From Octopus vulgaris (taxonomy: Eukaryota), in assembly GCA_951406725.2 (NCBI GenBank), contig OX597815.1, positions 146,568,001 to 146,632,000 of the forward strand: a stretch of DNA of 64,000 bases, in the 5' to 3' direction. Under the pieces are notes generated by a model that was not told where the DNA came from, searched no databases, and saw nothing but the letters and a program-made list of their open reading frames with translations. The position numbers and the translations under genes were made by a program. Of this stretch, positions 24,701 to 39,000 are shown piece by piece. Positions within the stretch are counted from its first letter, which is position 1. Each line of letters begins with the position of its first letter.

Positions 24701-25934
24701 GTATTATTATTATTATTATCATTATTATTGTTGTTGTTGTTGTTGTTGTTGTTATTGTTGTTGTTATTATTATTACTATTATTATTTTGTTTTAAATATT
24801 GATTGATATTAATTCTGGAATATCTGGCTTTTATTTCTACTCTTTTCAGTAAACGCTATTATCATTGTTATTGCTGCTGCTGTCGCTTTCATATCTTCTG
24901 GCTAACCAGAATCCACTAGACTTCTGATGTAGAAGTACTCCGAGTATGACCATCCCGAATATTGTGCAGAATCTGTATAGCGTCAAATAGATTCAATTCT
25001 ATTTATTCATTTTTGCAAGGGTCCTGATTAATTCTCGATTACCAACATATTAACTAACGCTCTCAGATAAATTTCATTTTATCAGGATTTGCAAACTACA
25101 TACTAAAACGTTAGTTATAAGGATATTGTAAAGTACGAGTAAAGTTCCAAAAGTAATGTTAATGCAAGCATTACTTTTTAATTAGGCGACAGAGTTTGTT
25201 GAATTTGCACAAGATTTTCGTCTTTCATAGTGACTCTACTTGTTCTTCATTAGAGAAAAATGATGGGTTCAAAAGAAAAGGGAGCCCAACAGTGTCCAAC
25301 TAAATAATTTGATAGCCATGCCAAAATTACATTTCATGCAATAGAAATTTAGTCGACAAGTAACATAGTGTAAAAGAAGATAGATTCAACCAGCGTGTAC
25401 AGCCTGAACACTATATGCCAGATAATAAAAGACGTATGCCCAATTTTGCATTACTTTCGAGAGAAATTTCTAAGGTTTAGAAATAATCGCATTAAGTGGA
25501 ATAAATGCGTGATAAATAGTTTTGTGCGTCCATATCCTGCTGTGAATTGCAATTCTTTTCTAACATAATACTGAAGTTTATTTCACCTATTTTTACGCGT
25601 ATCAGCAGGAAAATAGAAAGAAAAGAAAATACAAATTATAAATAATATACATTAGCATGTGATATAGTGTATGTTTGGTGTAGGAGGAATTTTGCTTACT
25701 GCTTCTAAAACAGGAATTTATAAATGGAGATAGGAATCATACATATATCAGGGAGCAAGGTAAGGTTTCCTTTTCATATCAATATCCACATTGCACGATT
25801 TGAGTGTTAATATAATGATTATTGTGAAAACTTGAATTCAAGATTTCTATATAACGCTTAACTGAAATCTTTTTTTGTTTTTTGTTGAGGAGCCTTTCTG
25901 AAATACGTTTTCGAAATGAAAGTCTCAAAAATAA

Positions 25935-26023
<89 letters not shown>

Positions 26024-26098
26024 ATGTCTAGCTACCTGTCTGCCTGTCTGTCCGTCTGTCTACTGTTATATATAGTTACAATGTATTTAAAACATATA

Positions 26099-26146
<48 letters not shown>

Positions 26147-26449
26147 CATATATAAATGTACATGTGTACATGTGCTTGTACATATGCCTACATGATTTAT
26201 GTTCACTTGCGTACATTTTAGACATGTAGATTCTGCTGACTGATATTCCGTTGCGCGCGCGCACGCACACACGCTCACGCACACACGCTCACGCACACAC
26301 GCGCACGCACACACACAGACTGATACACACACTTGTGTGTATATGCTTACATATGTATACTGATGTGCGCGTGTTAGTGTGTTTTCCGATAAGATTTCTG
26401 TGAAAACGCCTTCGTGTTCAAAACGTATGGGTTCTAGTGGATTCTTATT

Positions 26450-26642
26450 AATTTTGGAATGTGGCACAAGACCGGCAATTTCACTAAAGCGTATAAGTCG
26501 ACTACACAGCCTCCAGTGCTCAACTTGTACTTTTTGATCAAACCCGAATGGATGAAAAGCTAAATCGATCACGACCGGATTTGAACTCAGAACTTAAAAA
26601 CGAACGATATGCTGCCAAGCCTTTTGCTCGGCTTGCTATCGA
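26450..26642 (-). mobile_element. tRNA-derived SINE family B
   Basis: ggatttgaactcagaac...ttctgccagct.agcgcctt, similar to 61545-61744. Imperfect flanking repeats ctagtggattcttatt / ctaatgatttcttatt. Confidence 0.8.
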
Positions 26643-28099
26643 TTCTGCCAGCTTAGCGCCTTCTAATGATTTCTTATTGTGGAGCTATAGTCTATAACAA
26701 TGCGTGGTTCAAATGTGACTATTGTAACAGTATCATACATTTAATAACTATACAGATTGCATTCGAAATATTAATTACTTTAATCATCTAAATTTTATTC
26801 ATCGAATATATGTGTTTGTAATTGTATTATTAACACTAGTTTATGAGTTGCTAAATTGTATGCTTTGTTTATTAACTGACTCTATAACATGCTCATGTAC
26901 ACTGTAATTTTCCTACGTTTACCTATGCATATATTGTTTTATTAAGGATTCCGTCTGGTTTATTGTTTGTATTGTTACATAATTTGCTCTCATCACAATT
27001 GCAATGAACGTTAATAACAAGTCTTCCTCTCAATTTCTCTGTGCTCTATTGCTTTTCTTGAGGAAGCCATTTTCTTGTGTGAATTTCTTAAGTGAAAATT
27101 CATATTAATTTGGACGGTCAGAGTTATCATAATTTATAATTTATAAATATTAGAACAGTATAGTGTTGTACAAGAAGGAGATGAGCACACGAAGAAATAT
27201 AGTATAATGTATGAAACATACCTGCATCGTCCACTTTAATTGATAGCTTAATCTCGATATGGATTCGAATGATTCAAGCAGCCATGCAGAGATATCGGAC
27301 CAAATAGGTAGGTTGCAATATAAATACATACATACATACATATATAAACAAACACACGCACACAAATATCCTCTCGCCTCGCTCGCGCGCGCACATTTCT
27401 GTATACGGTATATTTATATAAAAATATTACAAAGTCACAACAGATATTAATTACACAAAAGGAGTATTAGGTCTTAAGTATCTTGCCAGCGCTCTCCATC
27501 TCATTTCAAACTAACTTACGCTTCACCAATTTATTACGCTTGTCACCTCCATTAACCGTCGCCCAAAGTTCGGTTAATGCTATATTACAGGATATCGCCC
27601 AAGAAATAACGAGTGCATTAAGTCAAAAATAACATTTTCATCCCGCACTTGCTAATCGCCCACCACACCACAATTAGCTCTAGGTGCTGCCTTATATTGA
27701 TATTCTTCCAATTTATGTTTAAATTTGCACTAATGTTTGAGTGTCGTTGCAGAGGTATGTGTTGATCTAGAATGTTGCTTATAAGAACAAGGGAAAACTT
27801 TTAAATTTATATATGGATCAATATGTATGCGTGTGTGTGTGTATGACAAATGTTGTTTGCATCTATATATTCGGATGCTACTAACATATATGTAGGTATG
27901 CATATTATATGCAGACGTCTATCATACACGCATACGTATTATTGCTCACTGCGAGGGTGTTCCTTGAATATGTGCGCACGTTTGTTTGAGAAAAAGAGAT
28001 AGTACCTTACTGCCTTCCATATGCATGAACGTGACACTGTATCTATATTTCGTATCGCAGATGCAGCAAACAAAATGAATAAGAAGTTACTTTAGAATT

Positions 28100-28210
28100 A
28101 TGAGTTCTTGGTTTCGAATCCAGTGTGTGGAATCTTGGGCTGATATTTTTCCTTCCACTGACTCGATCCAAAGCCTTCGAGTGAAAGCCGATTGATAGAA
28201 ATTGTATGAA
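28100..28210 (+). mobile_element. SINE family A head, degraded
   Basis: gttcttggtttcgaatccagtgtgtggaatcttgggc...ccaaagcctt.gagtg...gatagaaattg matches the family A head. Confidence 0.5.
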
Positions 28211-28408
28211 ACGATGTTGGGTAGAGAGTAATTCTAATTTAAGAATCCAGTAGTGTTTCTCTGCTGCATAGTTATTTTATTTGAAGATTATGATATGTGC
28301 AGACGTGTCTATGGAATCATAATTTATAATCATAACTTATAATACGAACATTCCAGATTGTTTGGGTATCATTCTGAGGAGAGTGCAAACTGAAGACGTG
28401 TGTCGAGA

Positions 28409-29006
28409 GTGATAAACATCAAACATCCAGTTAGCATTATGGCATTTGCAGTGATTAATAGTGAATGCGACGTTATGCTTCTATTCATCTTCCCACAAGG
28501 CTTCAGAATCAACACGGAGGTCTACATCAAGTGCCTGGAGGAGATAGTGCTGCCCTGGATCAAGTAGGTGGCAGCTGGAAAAACCTCTGCATCATCATGC
28601 TACAACAACAGGGAAACTCAGTCATTGGTGTCAGACAATTTCTGCGACCACATCGCCCTTAACATCTGGACACCTAACACCCCCAGACTACTACCCCCTT
28701 GAATATTATGTGTGGGGCGCAATTAAGCAAGTGACCAATAAAACTCCATGCAACACTAAAGAAGGCAAAGATTATGGCTGCATTGGCCAACTTTAACAAG
28801 GAAGCTGTCCAGAAGAGTAGCAGGAGATTCCCAAGTCGTCTGGAGGTCGTGGCTGAAGACCAAGGCGATATTTTATTGAAAGAATTTGCTCTTTAGTATT
28901 TCAAGATTATTTTATGTAATTTTAGTAAATATATCTGTTGAAACGAGATGTCAGTGTTATTTTCATTTCTGCGTAATTTAGACGACAGTTTATTTACCGC
29001 ACCCTG
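28409..29006 (+). mobile_element. Tc1/mariner superfamily (maT/DD37D-like) transposon, 3' half, pseudogenised
   Basis: IKHPVSIMAFAVINSECDVMLLFIFPQGFRINTEVYIKCLEEIVLPWIK*...DNFCDHIALNIWTPNTPDYYPLEYYVWGAI (decayed WPPNSPDxNPLDY). Ends in caccctg|TA, i.e. a TIR end plus TA. Confidence 0.85.
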
Positions 29007-29994
29007 TATGAATGTATGTATATATATATATATATATATACATACGATCGTTTTAGTTTGTTTATTCTACTAAACCTATAAGCATGCATGTGTATATTTA
29101 AATATTTTCCACAGTAAGTTCACTTCATTTACATATTTCCGTCAATGTTATGAACCATTACAAAAACAATGCTTCTTAAAATAGGTTCTACAGTAATCTA
29201 ATGAATGTGATTATGTCATTCACTGATTAATATTGCAGACTGTACTCAGCTGATTTCTTACGATAAAATATATTTCTATATCACATACCATGATTAAACC
29301 AATGGCTGACAACTGATGGGGCATTTGGGGCAGTAATGAAAAATTGAATAGCTTATAATGAATAAGAAACAGAGACTAAGGCACGTACATTCTTACATAA
29401 AATTTGCTATAATATCGGTTGAAAAAAACATTATTTCGATGTAGACGAGATATTTTTCAAAATTCACAGATGACGATTATATGAGGGAAAGGAAAATATA
29501 CTGAGGGAAAGGTAGATAGAAAGATAGCCAGAAATATGAAAAATATTGAAGTAGTACAGGGAAGACTGGGTGGTAAGAAAGGAGAAAAAGAAAGAACTAA
29601 AAAGTATTACAGAAAAGACAAAAATGTATGTAAGGAAAAAAAACGTGTATAAGATACGTGTATCATCTTCAAAGAGCGCCCGCAATGAGAATTTGTCAAA
29701 ATAAGGCAAATAGAAAATTGTGTAGCATTTATAGTTTTACATTTCATCAAAGGAGATTTTTCCAATTTATTATAGTAAATAAATTTAAAGACTGCGAAAT
29801 CACGACGTCTATTTTTATTGCAGTCTTAGCATAAACGACAGCAATAGGGACATATATGCGTGCATACAAATACAAGCATAAGGGTATGTGTGTGTACATA
29901 TATATATCATCACATGCACGTACACTGCATATGTAAGTGGCTGAATATCAAAATACCTTTAAACGTTAAAATTATGAACAACTTATAAACAAGG

Positions 29995-31177
29995 TCTGAC
30001 TGGTTCACGGAGCAACTCCGAGACATTCGCCTCGGCAATGACACCCCGGTCTCACGCCATTTCCGCTCCACCGGTCACTCCTTGCAACACCTGTCTGTGT
30101 TCGGATTGTCCTTGCACAGAGACCATCCGGACTCCCGTTTGCGCCGTGAACAGGGATCAATCATCTCTCTTCGCTTTTTTACGCCATTTGGGCTCAACTC
30201 TCTTCCCCTCTTAATCTAACCTCCTCCCCGACTCCTTCTTCTCTTGACTCCTACATCTCTTCACCCCTACTCTCTTTCCCTCTTCTCTCTTACTCTCTTT
30301 CTCTCTGCTCCCTCACTCTCCTTCTCTCCTCTCTCCCCCTCCCTCCTACTTCCTTCCATCCAACTCTCCTCTCTTGTACCGACTCCTACTTCTCTTCACT
30401 CCTACTTCTCTTCACCCCTATTCTCTTTCTCTCTTACTCTTTCACCCTCTCTTTTTCTCTCTCTCTCTCATTCTCTCTTATTCTCTTTCTCTCTTCTCTC
30501 TTACTCTCTTTCTCTCTTCTCTCCTCCTCTCTCTGCTCACATACCCACCTTCCCTTCCCCCATAAGCCAACCCACCCCTACACATTCCTACTCCACCTTC
30601 CCTATCCTTCCCATACCCCCATTCCATCCCTGCATCCTATCCCACACACACTCTCCCACATACCCCACCTCTACCCCACCCTCTGCATACCCACAAATCC
30701 CAACTCTACCCCAACCCTCAGCCGAACCCACACCCCACCCGTGATTTCCCCACTCTCGCCTCCCCCACCGCCCAACAACATCACACCACACCATACAACA
30801 TTACACATCACATAACAACACACCACCTACACACCCATCCCCGCATTTTCACACCTACACATACATACACGCACACGTCCAGACCACATACATACTCTCT
30901 TATACACACACGCACCTTCGTGTTGGGGGTCATCTTTACTTTGTTATCACCCCTACTTTCCCTCCCGAATCAGTCGCCATGATATATCGTTAGCCACTAC
31001 ACACATTTTTGTCTCTCCTTGATTCCCTCTTTGTTTTTTTCTGTGTCCCTTTCTGTAGAAGAGCGTAGGCTCGAAACGTAAAATACTTTTTCTATTCCTG
31101 AGCGTTATACTAATATATCTGTTTGTTTTGTACACCACCTGTCTTCGTTTTTTGCTTGTTTTCGTAAACTCCCCCTA
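29995..31177 (+). mobile_element. PLE family B, 5'-truncated: GIY-YIG C-terminus + CT/CA-rich 3' UTR + hammerhead-like end
   Basis: 30001-30219 translates WFTEQLRDIRLGNDTPVSRHFRSTGHSLQHLSVFGL...RLRREQ..I..L..FTPFGLN, typical of a PLE endonuclease tail. The last ~200 bp are shared with 385-577 and 54998-55157. Confidence 0.85.
31049..31084 (+). ncRNA. Atypical minimal hammerhead-like motif of PLE family B (also at 443-478 and 55030-55065)
   Basis: cttt [CTGTAGA] A GAGC-gtag-GCTC [GAAA] CG [TA] aaa: stem II GAGC/GCTC, palindromic ACGT, short stem I. The core has T at the position of A6. Confidence 0.45.
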
Positions 31178-31745
31178 TATATAAACAAATAGATATATAC
31201 ATAATAATCACACATATGCATTTATATAAATATATAAGTATACATAAACACCTCTATACCTATATGCATATACATATGCGTTGTCGTGTATGTGCATAGA
31301 CATATAAATTCAGCTCTCGATGTTTTACGCAACTAACCTTTGTTTTTACTGCGTAACTCATCAGCGAGTTCATTGAGCAATATACATACATAGATAGATA
31401 CGTACACACACACACACATGTTACATTTCATTGCTGAATTAGTGAACTTTAAAAATTATATTCCTATTTCACATTAACTAAATATAATTTCATTTCGATA
31501 AGTTTTAGTTTGGCACACTTTTATCTTCACTCTGCTTTTTATTTCATTTCCAATAAGGATACATAAAAGAACAAATGTATCAATACATTTGAACTGTAAT
31601 CTGTTTGCCTATGAATTGAATGCAATATAATTAGTTACTATGTCCAATTCAAACTATGAATACACAAGTTACAATAGTTTACTTAAGAAGCTTAGTTCAC
31701 AATATACATACATAGATAGATACGTACACACACACACACACACGC

Positions 31746-31787
<42 letters not shown>

Positions 31788-31813
31788 GTCTATTGCATGT
31801 ATATATGTATGTA

Positions 31814-31862
<49 letters not shown>

Positions 31863-34525
31863 GAGAGGGAAAGGGAGAGGTAGATACGTACGCACACATG
31901 TGTATAATGCATGTGTATGTGTGTATTTACAACTAGCTTCAGTTAATCGGCGTTTTTGAGCGATAGTGGTGCGGTTAATTGCAAGTAAAAATGATTTCAA
32001 TTTAAAGTTGGAATTAAGCAGCTTCAATAATAATGTTTCACTTCAATGTTAAATGAAATTTGATCTCCATAAATAAATGTTATGTAATATTTCTGAATTT
32101 ATATTTATTTTCATGATTTATTTTCCACCCGAAAACGAACTATTATGTAGGTTAATGCTTTGATGACTCAGTAGTCATCAGAGGATGACCAGCATCGACT
32201 AATGTATATTTTTTAAAAGGAATAAATGTGAACGTTGAAACGTGGTATCATGGAAGATAAATCTAATTCAACTAATTTTTCTCTTCAACTGTGAATCTCT
32301 ATATACATCAAAATTTGAAACCGGTGTCATATTTTCATAATAATTTAATCATTTTCCTTTTATCACAAAGTTCACAAGGCATGTTCCTCTTACTGATACA
32401 TACATACATACATATACACATACACACATATATATATTATGTCTTTTATGAAGATTTATAGCAAAATAAGCTTTCATTAAACAGAAGGATTACTCAATAG
32501 AGTACTTATTTAACAAGAAATGTGCTGATTTGGAATTTTCGGCTTGAAGGAATCATCGGATTATCTGATGATGTCTAGCAAGCTACCATGCTGACATGCT
32601 ATCATGTATTCACCACTCTCCTTGTATAGGTAAACATACACACATGCACACACAAATAGACACACGTACACATATATGTATGTATGTGCCTGTGCGTATG
32701 CGTGTGTGTGTGTGTGTGTGTGTTTGTGTGCATTTTATGAAATAGTAGAAAAGGTGTATGCAATTGCATTCATTAGCTTATAGGTGGTAGTACTATTAGC
32801 AGGCGTGCACCCAGAGCAGACTGCTAGTGCAGTAACCTATATACAATTAAAATTTAATGAAAAGTTTGAAAATTATATATGAAATTAATATGCAATACGT
32901 GACGAAATGTTCGAACTAAATCTATGTATATGAATTCGACAAGTGTTCTATTCATAAGTTGCAGCTTTGATAGTTTCTACTCTAATTAGAAAGAGGGAAT
33001 TTTGAAAGAAACTGTAGTTTAATGATAGTAGGAATATAGTAACTCTATGAAGAATTCGCCAACTATAAATAAAGCTAACTCAGATATATTGTAGTTAAGA
33101 ATATATTGGTAGGTACTATGTGCAGGCGGTTCTGCAGTTTCAAAAATATCGCAAATATCTGCGATAAAAGTGTTCAAGAGAGACACATTTAAAGAATAAA
33201 GTGAAACTAAAAAATAAATGACGACTACAGATTATGAAAGAAGTGATAAAAGATATTTTCTGATTTTAAAGAAGCTTATATAAAAGCGACAGGGGGGATA
33301 GGCAGTTGTGAATTGACTAGAGAATCAAGAACATACATTATTTAAACACTAAAATCTAAGATGAAAATAAGACTAGAAAATATCTTGGAAAGATTCTGAA
33401 ATAAAATAAAATATAAAACCCCCTTAGATGGCCAATGTCGATAAGAAGGAGTAAAACAGGATTTGATAAAGAGGCAGCTGTGGTTGAGAACAGCTTAAAA
33501 CTATTATTAATGTTACTGAATATCGTTTTAACAGAACCTGCTCGGATTTCTTTTGAATATAATAGAAAGAATAGTAATAAATCGATCTTTCATGCAGCAG
33601 CAACATTCTTCCAAGTATATCGATTTGTTTCTCAACTGCAAAGATTTAGCACCAAAGCAGCAAATAATTCTTCATCTATGAACTGCTTCCAATCAAGTAC
33701 ATGGCATAATTGCACTACAAACTAGATTACAATAACATATCTGCAGCAAATCAGATCTTGTACACAAACGAACATTCTGGCATCACCCCATTTCACTCAA
33801 TCTCCCTCATCAGAATTTTAATCAATAAAATACTATAAACGTTAACAAACAACCACTATGCCCTTCCTCTCTATTTCCTAATCTCATCACACAGTCTATA
33901 CTACTTCTACTTATTAAAACATGTAATATTTCTACAAAAGCTGAAACTTGTTCCCCTGTCACATTCCATTACTTATTTCTACTACATTTCAACTCATTAA
34001 ATTCCCACCTGATCTGTGATCCTCAATGATAGGGGACACACTAAATTGACTTGTTTCATAAACTCAAAATGGATTCCAACATTTTAAACATGTCCAACAA
34101 CATGATGAGGAAGGAACTACATTGTTATGTCACACGTTCGGATTCCCCTGCTACTCTGCTCTTCTACTCTAGACTTCTCCCTCTATAACTACGTATTGGG
34201 CTAGCCTACTTCATCGTCTGGGGGCGTTCACACAACATACATGAATGAAAACTGTTTTGATTCCCCTATACGTAAATGGAGGAACGTGCCAAAGAATTTC
34301 AGTAATATTGGTAGGATGGTAGCCATAAAAAAATCAAGAGACATATAACACTGATGTCAGTATTATGAAAGATATTAATCTATTGACATAGGCTTTCACA
34401 AACTGTTTGGCATCAAATTCCCTGTTATTAAATGGTACGCACGTTTGCTACTTTGGCATATTTTCTACTTTTAACTATTTTTGAGAATTACATTGAAAGA
34501 TTCAGTAGTGTTATAATGTTAAGTT

Positions 34526-34729
34526 AAGGCGGCGGGCGTACTGGCCGAACCGTTAGCTCGTCGGTCAAATTGCTTAGCGGTATTTCGTCCGTTTTCAGGT
34601 TTTGAAGACGGAACAATGCTGAAGTCGGGTTTGCTTTTAAACCTTTCGGAGTCGGAAAATTGGTACCAGTTGAACACTGGGGTTGATGTAATCGACTTAA
34701 CCCCCTACCCATAACTTGAAATCAATATC
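34526..34729 (+). mobile_element. tRNA-derived SINE family B with probable TSD
   Basis: aaggcggcg...ctggccgaaccgttagc...gcggtatttcgtc. Flanked by ataatgttaagtta (34513) and ataatgttaaatta (34730). Confidence 0.85.
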
Positions 34730-34856
34730 ATAATGTTAAATTACCAGCGTGATGTCGGTAAAACCAAATGAATCTTATACAGTGCTTTGTCCAGCTCCCG
34801 CTCACTCTGCCCTTCTCTCTCTCTCTTTCCCTCTCTCTGTGTATACGAACACACAC

Positions 34857-34892
<36 letters not shown>

Positions 34893-35247
34893 TATATATA
34901 TACGTGCATATGCATATATGTATACATGTATGTGTATATGTATGTATATATACGTGCATATGCATATATGTATACATGTATGAGTGTATGTATGTATATA
35001 TATATGTATATAAGATCATATACATATAATCAGATATACATAGATAATATATGTAATCTATGTGTGTAATCTATATATAGAGTGTATATACACGCAGACG
35101 CACGCTCACACAATAAATATAAATGACTACATGTAAGTATATAAACATCCATATATATATATATACATATACCAGGTGGTGCTATTAAGTTAGACATGGC
35201 CTGGGCCAATAATGGCCGAAACCTATCAAAGTATCAAAGTATCAAAG

Positions 35248-35296
<49 letters not shown>

Positions 35297-35992
35297 ATGT
35301 ACGCAGACAGACTGGTACACACACACACACACGCACACACACACATATATATATATAGATAGATATATACATTTCTATGCACGTAACACATACACATATA
35401 TGCATACACTGAGGCACACACATACGTATGTATGTATATGTGTATGTATACATCTCACTAACCGTACATCTTTCACTGAGCTACAAGAAACACTTCGAAC
35501 GCGTCTAGCAATAATGATTTCTAATAAGAGACATTGCACCCTATTATTTTCAATGTGTTGTTGATTGAATTGATTCAGTAACTTATTGGCACTTTCTCAT
35601 TGATCGCTGACAGATGAGATGCAAAGTTGATGCCAGTACAGTTTTAGCTCAGTTCGTAAAGGATTGTACCTAAATACTTGGTTGTAGGTGAAGTAGGAAT
35701 ATGAGGATTGGTGGTGGGCGTAGTGTTGATAGTACCAGTATCATTGTTATTACTGCACTAAATATAATTTGTAAGAACTGATTATCGTACTCTAAGGAAA
35801 GCCTATTTGAAACGTTGTATGAGATAAAGTGCGATGTTGATTGGTTTTAGCAAGTTTGCTTGTCTCCGAGTGAAAAGGAAAGTTCAAAAATAAAGCAACA
35901 AACAGATGTAATTAATGACCTATCAAAGTTCTTTAAGTTTTAGCCTCAATACGTGTATATGTGTTTGTGTGTATTTATTTATGTGTGTGTCC

Positions 35993-36037
<45 letters not shown>

Positions 36038-39000
36038 CATACATACATACATCTATATGTTTTTAGGCATATATGTGTTTATGTATAATTATGTGCGAAT
36101 ATATGTAGATATGTGAATACGCATTTCTCTGTACGTGAGAGTGCGTGTGTGTATGTGTAATTGTTCTGATATCAGTTTTCTCACAAAATTAAAATGTAAT
36201 TTATTATTTAATAAAATTCGATCTAACACTGTTTTTGTTTAGACAATGAAACTGTAACAGTCGGAATGAGGAGAGCTGAAAGTAGTTATGCAATCTGTTC
36301 GAAATAATAGTCAGAGTTCACACAAGTCGCAGCCTAACTTTCCAAAGATAAAAACCTCATTTAGCAATATAGTACTTCATATAAAAAATACCGTTTAATA
36401 ACAGTTGGAACATATTTCATCATTGGTCTGTTTGATCGGAGATGACCTTGTGTTAAATGGAAACTAAAGAGAAGCTCTTAAATAAAGAGTAGGATACTGC
36501 TTTATGTACCATTATAGAGTTCAATCATTAATTACTCATCATCCGATACATTGGGGAAGACTATATATACGTGTATATATATATCAAGTATGCCTATATG
36601 TGCACACATGCGTGTGTTCACACAATGGTTCATGTTATTAACTTATCTGGATGTATGATTGAACATACTTGAAAATAGAAGATATTTTTGTATGTCTTTG
36701 CGTGTCTTATATAGATTATTAAGTCGTTTTACATTTGTCTATACATTTTTATCAGTCTTATGGTCTCATTAATCACTAAAATGTTGATACCCTGTCATAA
36801 ACCAAAGTTCTTTACTAGACAATCCTCGCCTGTAATCTGGTACTCTCCTTCTCCCATCATCTGCCTTTCATCCCTTCATCTACCTGTTCATCTGATTCCT
36901 ATTACTGCACCTATTTGTCAGTCCTCTGGGCGAACTATAATTACTAAAAACCTAATATTTCCTTAATAGTTCCCAGAGCGTAATCCGGTTGGAATTTAAT
37001 TTTAAAATATTTCAGATATCTAAACGAGATACGACGTTTCTTATTCGTCTGCAGATGTTTCTATAAAATTATAATTCTTTTAACTTTATTGAGCATGTTC
37101 ATCCTTTTTAGTTTATATATATATATAAATAAGGGGAGGAGGAAAAACATACAGAAGCCGATGTATATATTCATTCAATCCATATTAACGAAATGCTCCA
37201 TAGTTTACAAGGTACATACATAGATGCACTCATCTATAGGATATATGAACATTTCTAAGAATATATAAATACATACATAATCGCCAAAATTTATAAATAT
37301 ATAAAAAACATACACATAAAAATCTATAAATACAAAAATTCATAATTATAAGTATATAAAAGAAGTAAGTCCATAAATGTACTTGCGAAGTCCGAATGAA
37401 GAGGATGATAAAGCGGATGTAAAATGATTCTTAATGAGTCTGGAACATGTATAAAGTCTATGTATAAATTCTTAGAGCACACATTCATATTCATGTATGA
37501 AGAACTTCCCTTTGTGCGTCCGATCATGTTTAAATAAATTCCGTATATAAGTCATTTGTTCAAATGTACGTACCTAGAGTAAAATTTCTATCTATGAGAA
37601 TACGCCATTTCGGGCTTTCGTCATTTTGTGAAATACTCGAAGCTCAAATATAATCCCCGTTGGAGTACTACTGACATACCAAAAACTAATTTGATGCTGC
37701 TAAAATATATTTCTCGAACTTATTCAAAGAAAAACCGCATTATTCATTGACAAAGTTACTTTTCAGCAAACGTCCGCTAACTTCATGTTACTGAAATAAG
37801 TGATGTTATCGCATACACTTCTGTTACTACAACCGTCGTCTTTATTTTGAAATTGCCATGTAAAGCAATCCAGCAGAAGTATCATATCTGCCTTTTCTCA
37901 TCATTGTTCCCTTATCTTGCAACAGGCATTAATCAGTAATCAAAAGAAGCCTATTCTCTGGAATTTTCTCTCTGCTCATGTCGACTTGATACGATATTAA
38001 ATGCTTCACTAGACTTTGTCAGGTCGAAATACACCTGAAGTGTCCATCAGATTCACTCGTCAATGCGTTAATGCTCCACTAATAAACGAAAGGATATTTG
38101 AATTTTTAGCATTAACTGCACGGTTTTTTAAAACAGATTCACTCATACAGTAGTTTCCCCCCTCAATTGCATCAAACTTAAATTGATAGTAATTATTACT
38201 TAGTAGCTTGTACCATGCTTTTGATTGGTCTTGTAGAGATTTATGTAGTCATGAAACAAAATACACTACTTCTCGGCCCACCCACCTTGCTTGCGCTGAA
38301 TTATAAGGAGATGGTTCTTGGAGGAAGAGAAATGTGCGCTAGAGTAAGCAAGTAGTCATTTTCAGTTGAATTCACAGAATAACATCAAAATGAAGAGTTG
38401 TCTTGGTCCAGAAATTTTCCCCCACCCACCCGCCATACGATCGTGAGTTCAACACTCGGAAAAATTAGCCACGCACGTATATTTTTGTACTCATTTTCTA
38501 ATTTGTCTATAATGAAGTAGACGACATAGACATTTCTCACACAATCATTAATTTAAATCGCAAGGCCAGTCTTTATTCGCCGTTCAACTGTTTCATCGAT
38601 GATGTTTAATAAGGAAGCAATATACTAAGATTTATCATTGAATTATCATACACCAGAATCATTCACTCACTACATTCTATTTTAATTAAAGTGCATCTCG
38701 AAGATTACCTTTCGCGCCCCTATTTGGTCACAGTTAATCATTACTTTAATAGTTATTTATTTCCCCTCACCATGGTCGTAACTTTAACTGATTATAGCGA
38801 AGTTAGTATCTAGAGCCAGAGGATCAAATAGCTTTGGTTTTATTTGAACCTGTTGTCTCTCTCTATATATATATATATATCTCCCAACAAAATAATTGAT
38901 GGACTTATCAAATAACTAAAATATTCTTACCACTGAAGAAATATTTTATTTGAATCATTAATGAGATTTTCGCCATCCTTAAACCTAATGGATGCACATG

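Noticed and set aside
30244-30744. 166-aa Ser/Leu/Pro-rich ORF
   Set aside because: Low-complexity CT-rich 3' UTR of PLE family B.
31378-31740. 41-bp exact direct repeat at 31378 and 31700
   Set aside because: Real but mostly low-complexity; nothing element-like lies between the copies.
33240-33420. SDFKEAY-like motif suggesting a LINE RT relic
   Set aside because: Only one short motif; the remainder cannot be aligned by eye.
35196-35250. ggcc-aataat-ggcc-GAAA-CC-TA hammerhead half followed by (tatcaaag)x3
   Set aside because: The CUGANGA box and stem I are absent; single copy.
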